Shown here: positions 25,201 through 39,419 of the stretch, in pieces
Layout: each line of letters opens with the position of its first letter
How positions within the stretch are numbered: the stretch's first letter is position 1
Made by a program: the position numbers and the translations under genes
NCBI GenBank assembly: GCA_030704615.1
Contig: CM060734.1
Coordinates: forward strand, 2,666,001 to 2,730,000
DNA from: Takakia lepidozioides
Lineage: Eukaryota; Plantae; Bryophyta
Direction: 5' to 3'
Length of the DNA stretch: 64,000 nt
The notes under the pieces: generated by a model
Databases searched by the model: none
What the model saw: only the letters and a program-made list of their open reading frames with translations
What the model was told of the DNA's origin: nothing

Positions 25201-27849
25201 CCACGACAACAAATTTGACCATGCCACAGAGAGCTTCAAATAACTTACTTCAGAATATGCATTGTGCTTCTCATGAGAGGGACACAAATCGTCTCAGTGC
25301 AGTACTCTGTTTCCTGGAAAAATTCCATAAGTGCCGCAAACACTACAAAATTTAAAACTGTCTCCTGGAATGAAGTGCCGAGATGTATGTCTATTAAGGG
25401 TCTGCAAAGGGCACAATACGAACCTCAGAGCAACAAACTCCAGGATGCCAACCCGTCGCACATAGGTCGGAGTCAAGGGCAACCCTCTTGCTTCACAGTC
25501 CAACACATCATCAACAAGGTCATCAAGAACCACCTTGATGAACAGATTTGGGCTGGCAGCTGTCAAGTAAGCCAAAAGCCAATCAAGTGGTACACAGTGG
25601 GGGCACTTATTTTTCTCAGACTCCATGTATTGAGTCCGAATCAAAGTTCTCACAAGCCACCTGTGCAGCCACACCCAATCACCATCAACACATTTGTCCG
25701 GCCTCCCCTTTCCTTTTGTAGTTGGGACTCTCTTCTGTTCTTCCTTTCTAGCTGCGAAGTCATCCTCCTCCATAGTGCGATGGGCTGCATCCATAATCAA
25801 GTGGATTCAGAGCAGAACAGATATGAAGGTCACATACAATCTTGAAAGGAAATTCAGTGAGCACATAAGCTTGATCATATGATGTCAAATCCCAGCACGA
25901 CGTGGAACTACCGCAATGGATGACTTGCCAGGTATGTACCTCCAACTTCCTGGACTGCAGAAGGGCCAACATTTCCAGAGGTTTCTCCAGTAGTGAAGGG
26001 GGAGCACTGATCCAAGCTTACAAGCAAGCAACGGCTTATGAGGTTGGTGAGAACAGAGCACTGAGGTAGTGCCAGACGAACCTCTACTCTCTCAGCCATG
26101 AAGGCACCTGCCTTCCCACTATCAGCCTCCCTCATCATTGCCTCTAAGCTGCCATCCCTCCCCTCTTTCCCATTTGTTTCATCCTTCTCCCCTCTATCAC
26201 TTTCTCTGACCCTTTTCACATCCAATATTTTTCCAACCACTATCTCTGCTAACTTTCTCTTGCTACCACTTGCTCGGTCTCCATTGTCTTTCCGTGGATG
26301 TAAGCCTCCTTGCTTCTTCAAACTCCTGGAAGCATCCTCCATGTCTCTGTAGTTACCTTCACAACCCAGCTCTGTCTCCAGACCTGTCCCAAAGCCCCGA
26401 CTCTCTGCATCGTCTTGGCCTAGACCTGCAGCCAGTGATTCTGCATTTGGAGTTGTGACCCTGTCAGATAATGTAGGGGGGGCATCTGCTCGCCCATCTT
26501 TACTTCCAGAGTCAATCCCAAGCAAAAGAGATGGTCTTAGGCCTGCTACTGAGTCCTCTGACACACCTTGCTCACCAGCTGCTTTCTTGGAGGCCTCTTC
26601 ATTTGGCACCTCGACGGTAGCTTGATTGTCAAACTCTACCCCACCATGTCTGTCCACCATAGTTTTGTAATCAGAAATATTCAACAAGTTCTAAACACTA
26701 ATACAGACAAAGTGTGGGACGATAAATGAGACAGGTTTAAGCCAGTAAAATCTGACACAATATTTTAGGCTCAGCCATTAACCAGTGATCACTTGAACTA
26801 GCACATCCTCTATCCAGGAATACCTTTCTCAGAGCACCTCAGCAGATTTCTAGTCAGTTATCTCTTTAGGAAGTGCAGCAGCAATATTACCCAGGTTGTT
26901 TCCATTGCGTTCAATAAGGGTACAGTCTCGTTGCACTAATTGCACTACTATTACATGCAAAAATTTGAGTTCCGATCTCGGATACTGTAGACTTCGGAGT
27001 TGCTATATTGGAAAATTGATGCACGACCATCGCCAGAATTGATGCATACATAGCTTGCAATACCATAATCTCTCCCTCTCTCCCCCAGCTTCCGAGAAAC
27101 TTCTGCATCTTGAAGAGGTTTCTGCTTTGCAACAATGCCAATGACAGGACAATGACATGCCATCCCGCAGGACAAACTTACAGGCCAACAGGCTCACTTG
27201 AATGTACAATAATGATTCACTCTAATCACAAACAAAGGTCTGCATAAAACAACAAACCTTTCTTGGTCCTCCATTTGCTGAAGTAACAAAGCTGCCCATT
27301 GCACTGCTTCCAGAGTGTCAGCGCTGTTACTCAGATCAAGTTCAATCGCAAGAAGCCTTCTCTGGGACTCCGCAGCGATTTGTGACGAATCTCTCCAATG
27401 CAGGGCCTCCTTGGACACATCTTCATGCATGTCATCCTTCATCCTAAGAGTCTCCTTCAACATTTCGTGGGCTACCAACGTATAAACGGAGGAGCAAGCT
27501 GAAAAACTCGAAGATGCCTGGGGAAACTGGAATCCCACTTCGTCCCAAGCTTTTTGTGTGGTAATTATCTTTGCAGTGTGAAGAATGTTGGGAAAGGTTA
27601 AATCATCGGGCCACACTGACGGACTATGGAATTTGTTACCAAGCCATGAGAGGCTGCGCAAGACCAAGGAGGGTGTAAGACCCTCTGCAAGACAGTGAAA
27701 AAAGAAAAGCTTAACGTCCAGCAATTCACGAAGGACACAAGAACACACGACACCATCTCTCTCTCTCTCACTGGACGTCAAAGAAACTTTATCTTTATCT
27801 TTATCTCTCTCTCTCCGCACCGTACCCACGGCCCACTTTCCGAAAAGGA

Positions 27850-30300
27850 TAGGATTTGATTTGATTTAATTTAATTATTATATATATATTAATTATTATT
27901 ATTTAAAAAAAATGAATCCCTGGTTACTTTATTGATAATTATTGAGGGGAAAAAAATTAAAACCCCGTTCTTGCCATAAGGCACACACACCATATTCAGT
28001 GTATTAAGAGCCAATCATCTCCTGATGGAGATTAAGTCTGTAGAACAAAATACCGTGCCTCTAGTGATGGACACTTACACAAAGATCCGTGATCCAGGAG
28101 CCAAACACCTCCGATTGGAGGAAAGTCCAAGAGACCAAAAAACAGGGCTCTCTGCCCGAGACCTAAATCTTAACAACGCATACCCTACCCTGTCTACGAT
28201 GACGCAGGGAGAGCGATGTCGGGAGAGAGTAAGAAGATCTTTGAATATGGGGGAGCTGAGAGAGAGATCTATGTATAGTGCAACTTAGAAGCAGTCGATG
28301 AAGGCTTTTGATATTTCCAGTTAATGTCCCGTTCAAACTCCGGGGAAAGAGTGGAGTGGTGCACGAAGATCTCGCCAGGCCTGAGGGGGGAGTTCGTTCC
28401 AGCTGCATTTGTCTTGCATAGGGCTGCTGCATATGAGGCCCTGTCTGCCCCAGGTGTGTTGAAACTTCCTGTGGAGTGCAGCTACATTCGTGGCGTCACG
28501 TTCAATGTCTGCACAGAGTTTGCCCCATGCTTTCCTAGCCTCAGTTTGTAAGTCCCAAAAAACAGTGGTAAGGAGAGAGGATGTTGTTGTTGTGTGGCCT
28601 TGGAAAGTGTTCTTACAACGTAGTTTCCATAAGTGCCACATTGTAGAGGCTATGATGGTTTCAAACACTGGGCAATTTAGGGTTCTATTCTTGGAAGCTG
28701 GGTCATAGTTAAGAAGGAGGTCTGTATCCGTGAGCTGTCTTCTGTCCCAATATGTATAGAATGACTTAACATATGGCCAGATTTTGGCTGGTGCTTGACA
28801 TGAGAGAAGGCAATGTTCGATGGATTCCAATACTGCAATGGAACAGCAAGCACATAAGAGGGCTCCCTGGAACTGTAGGTATTCCCCAACTTTGAGAACT
28901 CTATTAACAACCTGCCATAGGAAACCTGCTATCTTTGATGGCCGGGTTTTGATCCACACTGAGCCCCAAATAATTTTCCAGTTCTCATTGCAGAAGTTGT
29001 AGAGCCTCCATTTTTATTCCCATTTCTTGTACATGGATTAGGTGACTGACATGGCTTTGTAGCCCTTTTTTGTTGTGTATGCAAAGAAGGGTTCTGGGGT
29101 GGTGTTGAATTTCCATAACCATTCGAAGGGGTCAATATCCAATTCTGCCAGCGGCCAACCCAAAATCCATACAAAGGAGTTGGTTGCTAGCCAAGCTCTA
29201 GTGGTGATAGTGAGGGGTGGCTGGGGATTCATTCCCTTATCCATGGTTGTCCAGCAGCAGACACGGATTGGGATGAGAGGCATAGTTTGGATTGTCAAAG
29301 GTTTTGTAGAGGTAAGTGTGAGTCTTAGGGAGGTGGTGTTGATGGCGAATGTGTAAACAGCTATGTCATTTATGGATATGTCATCTACAAAAACAATGGT
29401 AAGCTGGTTGTGAAGTATGATGAGTGCCCAGGATTTCAGGACTGGTTCCGGAGGGCCTGCGGAAAGGGTGGCCAACCACTGCACTGGTACAGATTGAACA
29501 AGTTGTTGATGGCCTTTTGTGGCCCTTGCGAGGCCTACAGTCTGAGCCATAGATTGTAGAGATATGAAACCGACCCCTGACCATATGTTATGAATTTGTC
29601 TGATGCCAAGGCAGTCCCATTTGGACCACCTTTTTGCCTGGTTTTTCTGAGAAGGGGTCAGAGGAGTGTCGTTTAGAAACAAGTGTTGTCTCTTAACTTC
29701 ATAGAAGGTACTTGGCTGAGCTTTTACAAGCAGTTTCCTTAGCCAGGCTGACCAGATGTTGGACCATAGAGCAGATCCCACTGTCTTAAGATTAAATCCT
29801 TGAGTGAGCCAACGTAGGAAAGGGCTCCATTGGGTATTCTTGAGAGGGGAGGATTTTGTAATGTGGTCGTAGACCAAGAATTTCCACCATCCCCCCTCCG
29901 GCCCTAGAAACCTGGGTATCCATTTGCCAAGAAGAGCTACAATCTGTGTTTCTGGATCGAGTATCCCTAACCCCCCCTTTCTTTTGGGTAAACAGATTTG
30001 AGCCCAGGCTACAAGTGGTCGTTTGTTTTGGGATGAGGTCTCGGCTCCCCAGACAAAGTTCCTAAGCAGGCGTTTGATTTCCTGAATCTGTTTAGAGCTT
30101 GGGCGCCAGGAAGAAGCATAATACCATAATCCAGCTGAATGAATCTGATTAGCAACAAAGGCTCTTCCTGTAATTGAGAGATGTTTTGAACCCGAGTAAG
30201 TCAGTTTCCTCTTTAAGTTGGTCATTGTGGCAGCAAAAATCTGTTGGTCTTTCAGTCCAATTCCATATGTGTAGCCCAGTAGTGTGGTGGTTTCCCCAGG
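27850..30300 (-). mobile_element. 5'-truncated L1-clade LINE (post-RT region, zinc knuckle, 3' UTR, AT-rich tail)
   Basis: LSITGRAFVANQ, ICLPKRKGGLGI (ORF 29038-30225) and FLWQVVNRVLKVG...CACC...ESIEHCLLSC (ORF 28333-28959). Confidence 0.9.
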
Positions 30301-33300
30301 TTTGATATTTTATTATTACTGTTATTATTATTATTGTTATTTTATTTTTATTTATTTTTATTTATTTTTATTTATTTTTTAAAGGCGTAGGCCAATTAAT
30401 TTTTGGAGGGAAAAAATAAACCCTGAGTGATGCCATAAGGCAAAAACACATCGAAAAGGATGAGGGACAAGCCCAGACCAAAACAAGAGAGACTGCCTGA
30501 ATGGCAAATAATGTTGTGCGGATAAAGGCCCGTGCGATGGCTGATAGTCGACCATTGTCGACCATACTAGCCCGCCAGGTGATGATTGGTCGGACTAGAT
30601 TTCTGCTTGCTGTAACTAATACATAGCAAAGGACGTAAGGTAATGTAATTGCCAGCCTTACTGAGGTCTAGAGGAGACGGACTATGGAGCTCGGAGTTCG
30701 ATGGAGACGAAGGATGCTGCTCACAGTGAAGCTCGGCGGAGACTGAGGACGCTGCTCTCAGCTATCAAAATTCAACTTGACAAATTGGTTCCCTTTGACG
30801 TGCCTCCAGTTGACGTCTCGGTCGGAGAGTCAAGGAAACATGATGTTTCGATTTCTCCATTCCTGAGGTATTGAACTCCAGATGCACAACGAAGGGCGAG
30901 CAGATGATCCCGAAGGCGCTGTAGAGCTGATACGCAGCCTCTGGATGCTTGCAGACGTCTGCTGAGAATCTAATCCAAGCCTTACGTGCTTCAGTTTGGA
31001 TATCCAATAAAACCCCAATGAGCATAAGGGAGAGAATGGAGATGGAGTTGCCTAATGCCCAAGCGCATCTCGTTTTCCAGATGTGCCAAAGACCTGCAGC
31101 CCTGATTGTGTCAAAGACTGGGCACGTGGAGAATGCTTGCTTGGTGACTGGGTCGTAGTTGACGAGCACGTTAATTGGGCTCAAGGATGCGTGATTATGC
31201 CACTGGCTGAGAACAGGGTGGAGCAAGGGCCAGGCTTTTGAGGGGATGTTGCATTGAAATAGGCAATGCTCAAGGGGTGACTCCAAGCGAACAGCAAGTG
31301 CATAGCAAAGCCTCAGTGAACTGGAGCCATCTGCCTACTTTAAGAATTATCGTCGTCTCTAACGCGCGATCTGCTGCAGCGCAGGGGAGGGAGCAGCGCG
31401 GGAGGAGGGATCAGCTCAGCGCACCAGCGCGGGGGAGGGAGCAGTGCGGGAGGAGAGATCAGATCAGCGCACCAGCGCGTGGGGGAGGGAGCAGTGCGGG
31501 AGGAGGGATCAGATCAGCACACCAGCGCGTGGGGGAGGGAGCAGCGCAGCACAACGCGGGAGGAGGGATCAGATCAGCGCACCAGCACGTGGGGGAGGGA
31601 GCAGCGATAGCCGCGCGGGAGGAGGGATCAGATCAGCGCACCAGCGCGTGGGGGAGGGAGCAGCATTTTGCATTTTTTATTTTTATTTTCTTGGTTGGGT
31701 TTTCGCCACAGGAAGGCTGCGATTTTTGCAGGCCTCGATTTTGCCCAAATGCAAAGCCAGATCGTCTGCCAGTGTTCATCCTGAAAGCCATAGCTCTCCA
31801 TTTGTCATCCCATTTGGAGGAGAGCCCGGGTTTGGAGTTGAGGCACATGTATGCTTTTTTTGCAGTGTATTGGAGGAGCGTTGGTTTCCCATCCAGATTC
31901 CATGACCATTTGCGAGGGTCAAAGTTGTAAGAACATGAGCGGCGAGCCTCCAATCCACACAAAGGTGCTTCCACCCAGCCAACCTATGAGAGGAGACCCT
32001 GGTGGTTTGATAGGGTTCATGTTCTTTGAGTTTGAAGACCATTGGCAGATTCTGACTGGGGAGAAATTCCCCCCCGTGATGGTAACTGGGATAGCCTGTG
32101 CGAGCTGCAAGGTGTTTGTTTGTGTGCAGCAGTTCATAGTGAAGCCTTGAATTTGGGCACTGCTGCAATGAATAGTATAAATCACCTGTCGGGGTCTTGC
32201 TGAGCAAGTAATCCAAGTATCAGGAGCGGGAGGGAGCGGCCTTTGGTGCAGGATACGGAACCATTGATCAGGTATGGCTTGCTTGATTTCTGAGTAACCT
32301 GCATTCCCCCTTTTTGAGCCTACAATCAGGTTTATGTAGTCTTGGCACCAAAAGCTACTGCCTGACCATATGTTTCCTATCTGAGAGGTGCCCTGGTGAT
32401 CCCAGGCAGACCAGCGTTTTGGAGATCCACGATCCTCTTGGCTTTGGATGTTGGAATTGAGAAAGAGATGCTGGCGGATGACTTCCTCGTATGTTGAAGG
32501 TCCTGCTTTGATGAGGTGGGGTCTAAGTCTACCCCATGCCTTCCAAATGGATTTCCAGAGAGGAGTTCCTGGCTGTTTATATTTGACTCCGCTCACAATC
32601 CAACGCATTGAGTCTGACCAAAGGGCATTCTTAAGTGGGGAGCTCTGAAGGATGTGTCTTTGAACCAGAGGCCCCCACAATGATGAATGGGGGCCCAGCA
32701 TTCTTATGATCCACTTTCCTAAGAGAGCATCAATTTGATTTGCAGGATCCAGGATACCAAGACCTCCCATTTTTTTTGGATTGCATATTTGGGCCCACGA
32801 GATGGCAGGTCTGATGTATTGTGTGCTTGATGTGGCTCCCCAGATGAAGTTTCAAACGATTCTTTTGATTTCTTTCAAGAAGGTGGGACTCGGGCTCCAC
32901 ATGGATGCGAAGTACCAAATGCTTGCTAATATAACCTGATTAGCTACTAGGGCTCTTCCAATGAGGGTGAGGTGCCTGGAGCCCCAGAAGACGAGTTTGT
33001 GCTTTAGCTTGTCAATGATCGGACCTATCCTTTGTTCCTCAGACAGCTCAAAGCCGAAGGGGAAGCCAAGGAGTTTAGTAATTTCCCCATCCTTGAGCCA
33101 TTTTAGCCCCAGCTCATTGCCCCAAGTGGGGGAGATACCAATTTCTGATCTTGATCTGTCTCCAACAAGCAATGCCCCACTGTTTTGTCCCAGTTGACAT
33201 TGAAGCCTGATGCCAAACAGAATACGTTCAAGGTGGAGATGGCTTCTTTCAGGTTTGAGGAGTTTGCGTCGAGATAGAGAACTGTGTCAACAAACATAGA

Positions 33301-34200
33301 GGATCTGCATGTGGTTTTGGTCTGGGATTTTGAGTCCAGTGATATCTGAGTTGTTTTCCAATAGATGCCCCAGCGAATTAGCCACTATTAAAAATAAGAA
33401 CGGGGCCAGGGGGCATCCCTGGCGGGCCGAGCGCTGCAGCTGAAATGGAGAGGATAAGTATCCATTAACCAGAACTTTGCTGGAGGCATTTTTGAGGAGG
33501 ATTGATACCCAATTGTAGAAGTATGATGAAAGACCCACTTTCTGCATTGTAGACAGAAGTAGAGGCCACTCCACTTTGTCAAATGCTTTTTCAAATCCAG
33601 GAGAAGCATGGCGGTTGCGAGGTTGGAGTCTTTGGCAAAGGAGTGAGCTTCGTGAGCTAGCAATATGTTGTCTAGAATGAATCTTCCCTTGATATAGCAT
33701 CTCTGGCTCGATCAGATGAGTGAGGGCAATAGAGGCTGAAGGCGAAGGGCCAGAGTTTTTGCTATTATCTTGTAGGAGACATTCAACAGGGTGATTGGCC
33801 TATAGTTGGCTATGGATCGTCTGTCCCCTTTTTTGTATAGCAGCACAATAACCCCTTGTGTCATCTCTTTGGGCATTTCCTGCTCAGTTTTGATTGCGTT
33901 GGCCATATTGCAGAAGTCGGAGGATATGCATTGCCACATGAGTTTGTAAAACTCCACTGGCATGCCATCCTCTCCAGGGGCTTTTAGGCTTGACATGGAT
34001 TTGAGAGCCTTTCGCAGCTCTGACTCTGTGAAGGCCCCATCCAGTGATGCAGCCTCTTGGTGACTGATTTTCACCGGGTGAGATTGTATGCAACTGTTTA
34101 TGGCTTGCTGAATGGCTGGCGTTTGGGCTCTATCCTTAAACAAGGCTGGGAAGTGTTGTTTTGCGATGTCCGTGATCTTCTTTGGGGATGAGTGAGTGGT
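30301..34200 (-). mobile_element. 5'-truncated L1-clade LINE with fragmented RT
   Basis: KAPGEDG, NYRPITLLNVSYKIIAK, FEKAFDKVEW, RQGCPLAP, MFVDT (YADD position), GGLGILD and EHCLFQC, with many frameshifts. The (TAA/TAAAA)n tail is at 30301-30380. Confidence 0.9.
31350..31702. repeat. GC-rich ~50-bp minisatellite inserted into the L1 coding sequence
   Basis: About 5 units of gcgggaggagggatcagatcagcgcaccagcgcgtgggggagggagca split the L1 motif IWAKSRPAKIAAFLWR / ILKVGRW. Confidence 0.85.
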
Positions 34201-36199
34201 GCCCTGGCAAGAATAGGACCGCCAACCCAGAGCGGGGGTGGGCGGCGCTCCGCCCTCCCACCATGATCTCGTCTATGTCTCAGCAAGGTTTTAGTTATAA
34301 CTATCTTTTTAGGGTTCCACCAAATCCCTAATCTCCTCGTCTTCCTAAGCTCTCCAAACTAGCGGTCCGGCTATTTACCAGTGTCTCTATATTTAACCAT
34401 GGCCGCCGCCATGGCCTCTGCTACCTCTCTATGTGCTCCCACGGGGCGTTCTCACGGCCTCACCCCTTGCTCTAGCAATGCTTCTTACTGCTGGGTCATA
34501 GCGCTTCTTTTGAGCTTCTGCTTGGTGTTTTTAGACTGGATTCCGCCAGCAAACAGCCACTATTCGACTCATGAGGTTTTCTGTTCTCCCTCAACGACTC
34601 TTGACTTCCCACCATCCTCTCTGGCCCCCAGAGAGTCCGTCTATCACTCCTCAACTAGCTCTTTACCATTCCACGTCTCATCATGTATATGCGGAGGCGT
34701 CTCAATTTTCCAAGGTTGTTTACAGATTCAATGATCTTACAATGAGCATGGCTCTCAGTTCCAAGACATGCAATTTGCTTCCCTGGGACAACTCATGGAA
34801 CGACGGTTGTCATAACACTTATTGTGATTCCACACAGTCTCTACGGGCTCTATTACAACAACATGGTACTGCAGCTGCCCCACCGCCCTACTCATACTGA
34901 GCTTACCAGGCGTCCGCGCTCTTCTGCAACTGCTCATCAGCTTTTTTGGCTTATTTCGATGATCAAAGGCGCTTTTCAGAGCAAGCTGGGGACGTTCTTG
35001 GAACTCCCATTTTACTACGACGACGACACTGCCTCAATTGATTTTGCGAAGTTTTCCAGTTTATAGTCTATGTTTCTTACTCCCGATATCAACCAAGTCG
35101 CCCTCCCACATAGTGCGTGGGGTTGTGTAGCTATGCACATCATCAGCACTACAGGATATCCGAATGACAAGCTACTCTCCTTAGAGCAGTGTTCACTCTA
35201 TAATATGACCACAGTTGGCAAATCCCAGCTCTTGACCTCAAAGTTGAAAAATATATATATATCCCATGGGCCACATTGCAAACTAGTGTACAAGAAATGC
35301 ATTTTTACCCCCCCCCCCAATTTGACATACAAAGGACCCCCAACATAATTTGGGGGGTTTGGGCTACAAATTCTTGAGTGCATGGTGTGAGTGCCCAGGA
35401 GTGTGAATATGTAGGGCATTCCCACAGGAAAAATAAAAAACCCCCCATTTTACCTTGGTCAAATCCTTTTTTGGGGGTGAAATTGGTGGCCATGTGAAAA
35501 AACAACATTATCATTTTGTTATAATACGCCAATTGCAACTTAACTTACAACATGGGTAAGTTACATGGGAAGTTATACATGTTACCTATAGGAAGTTATG
35601 GCCTCATCCATCCCAATATGTATGCTTTTTGGGCTGACCCACCAAAACGGTCGTCGTCGATTAAGGGTTAACACGTTCTCTCTTTCTTTTCCTTCTGATT
35701 GTGGAGGAGTGGAACAGTCTTTAGCGAGAGTTTGGCCCCGTGATACACTGAAATGCGTAGTTCAGAGCATCAAAAGATGCCTACCCCAATGTCTACGTAT
35801 CTGCGATTTGGAAGCTTGTGTTCGCTCATTGATATCGAGCTCTGTCGGTAGTGGATCATAAATGCAGCTCTGCATGTGATAACTCTGTAGACTGTGATAG
35901 GAGGGCAATTTGTGAGTGGTTAAATGTGTAGGGTAAGGACCTCACGCAAGGGCTGTCACACGTTTAAGCCACTGGGAACGAGGGCACGGCAAGGTTCGGG
36001 TCCGATTTGGAGTGCACGGAACCTTACGGAGCGTTGTAGCGTGCACCGGTAGGGCATGGTTTTTGTGGTTTTTCTCTCTGACACGGAATTTTGCCGCTTC
36101 CGTGGCTGAGAGCGGCCCGGTGAAGCATCTTGGTTTACAGGCAGGCACATGCGACCTGGCGACCCGGTGCAAGTTGTTTCTGCGCAACCACCTCGACGT

Positions 36200-36540
36200 A
36201 TAACGGAAACGATACGTACACGTATTCTGGATACGTAGAGGCGACTCGATCCACCGTTCAATCGGTGGCACGGCCGTCAGATCGTAGATTTCCAGCGACG
36301 CTACCTGTAATGTACGGCGTATACCACGTCAGCCGTGGGATTCTCGATCGGAGGGTTGTGAGGGGCTGTCGAGGCGGCGCGGGAATCTGTACTTGGAGAG
36401 GAGCCCGCCCGTATTTTGAATTGGCGGGCTTTCCGAGCTGTTAGCGCCAGCTAAACTGCGTTTGCTTGCGTGGCGGGATTCCGGGCGTGGGATCTAGATC
36501 CGACGGCGAGGGTGCGGTGTGGGTTCACCTAGAATGTCAG
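36200..36540 (+). promoter_or_regulatory. Beta-tubulin proximal promoter with candidate cell-cycle elements
   Basis: CpG-rich region with AACGG/CCGTT (MSA-like) motifs and CCACGTCA at ~36324. The inverted pair agcccgcc (36402-36409) / ggcgggct (36423-36430) encloses TTTGAA. A probable 5'-UTR intron runs from gtgagt (~36652) to the AG at 36792. Confidence 0.45.
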
Positions 36541-36792
36541 AGCAGCAAACGTTCTTATCTCTGGCGCTCTGGACTGCTGCTGCTCACTCTGCTCCTCGTC
36601 TCTTCTACATCTCCCTCGTCCTCTCACTCCTCTCTCTCAAAGCTTCGTCCTGTGAGTCTGCGCCTTGGCGGTGCAGAGGAAGGAGAGCGGTGGTTGTAGT
36701 TGTCGTGTTGGAATCTTTTGTACGTAGGTGGTTGTGCACTTGATTCGTCTGCATTTTCGTGGCTTGTTGTGGTTTGATTTAGTCTCGTCAAG

Positions 36793-38442
<1,650 letters not shown>

Positions 38443-39044
38443 ATGACACTCCATGTGCAGGGCATGTGTTATTATTTAGATGTGTAAACAGTACTGTCTG
38501 TTTCACTCTTCGAAAGTAGTTACTAGGTCGTTTGATACAGACAATGTTTCACTCTCTAATACTTCAATTATCTTCTATTGGCAATTTTGTTGAATATAAA
38601 TTCATGTGGTCATACTGGTCACTGTAGTGAACAATTGCATTGAGTAGTGGTCTGGTTGATGTGATCGACCCATGTTAAAGTAGCCTAAGGAGGTTGTGCA
38701 ATGTGGGAAAGCAAAGCCTGGTGTTGTAAAAGGCTGGTTTTCCATGCATTTTGCCTTATGCAGCTTTCATTCTGTCCTTTTTCCTGACTGGGTGCAGAGA
38801 GTCTCCTTTCCTCTGGGTACCAAATTCAAGCATTAAGCAACAAGCAACCTGACAGTTAGTGGCAAACACAAATTCACTAAACACAAACACACTAAAGCCA
38901 ATTCTTTTTATCCATGCCTGACAACATCCCAGAAGCCCAGTGGGACTTACAATTACCACCCCTATCTATATGGTATTTAGTGTATGAGAATACTTGTGGT
39001 CCCAAGGTAGAGTAGATGGATAAGTGTGGCGATGATGCTTCTCG

Positions 39045-39175
39045 AATGTTAGACAAATGAACTTCTGATCTACAGTGTCGTGACACTGTTCATGCAGGGA
39101 GATTATTTTGACAATGTTAGACAAATGAACTACTGATCTACAGACACTGCCCTTGCAGGGAGATTATCTTTGACA
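39045..39175. repeat. ~65-bp direct duplication
   Basis: aatgttagacaaatgaact.ctgatctacag...cactg...gcagggagattat occurs twice. Confidence 0.8.
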
Positions 39176-39419
39176 TTACACTGCACCATCTGTGATACAA
39201 GTACAACAGAGATACAGTGCTCTCCTCTTTGTCCCCTGTAAGGCACATCCATTGAAGGAAATGAAGAACCAGGACAGTAGCAAAATGAGGTTTTGTTTGA
39301 TCAACTGGTTGCAGTATGAATGGCTTGATTCTGTGTTCAACTTAGGGAACTATAAGCCTTGGATGGTGGAAACTGAGATACTCTCAACCAAGCTTTGAGT
39401 ATTTGTCCGAGGGTCTCAT

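Larger units (their letters stand above)
9914..27829 (-). pseudogene. INTS5: Integrator complex subunit 5-like multi-exon gene, apparently lesioned
   Basis: In-phase GT-AG exons 17741-17431, 16852-16775, 16540-16397, 11457-11359, 10953-10711 and probably 10054-9914 splice to ...LATLMVDRLE...NPLLLEMLELVV...CVEFIRVLLADSISCWH...LIHLVADTGWLPQPLASSSEIVELIDGADIADLLLLVWRCMH...LFAILRQNIAQIGAHF. This follows the animal INTS5 C-terminus as I recall it (PLLFELL.LVA; LLRGLLA.L..HW; LPP.L....E.F......V..LLL.VW; LH.NI..LG). The exon at ~25800-25250 (DWLLAYL...P..FI..VL; VGILEFVA.R) resembles INTS5_N. Apparent lesions: in-frame TAG at 18332-18330 and a frameshift near 25398. The 5' exon structure and start codon are uncertain. 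Confidence 0.75.

Noticed and set aside
31238-31930. 230-aa repetitive protein ORF
   Set aside because: It is a chance open frame through the GC-rich minisatellite, antisense to L1.
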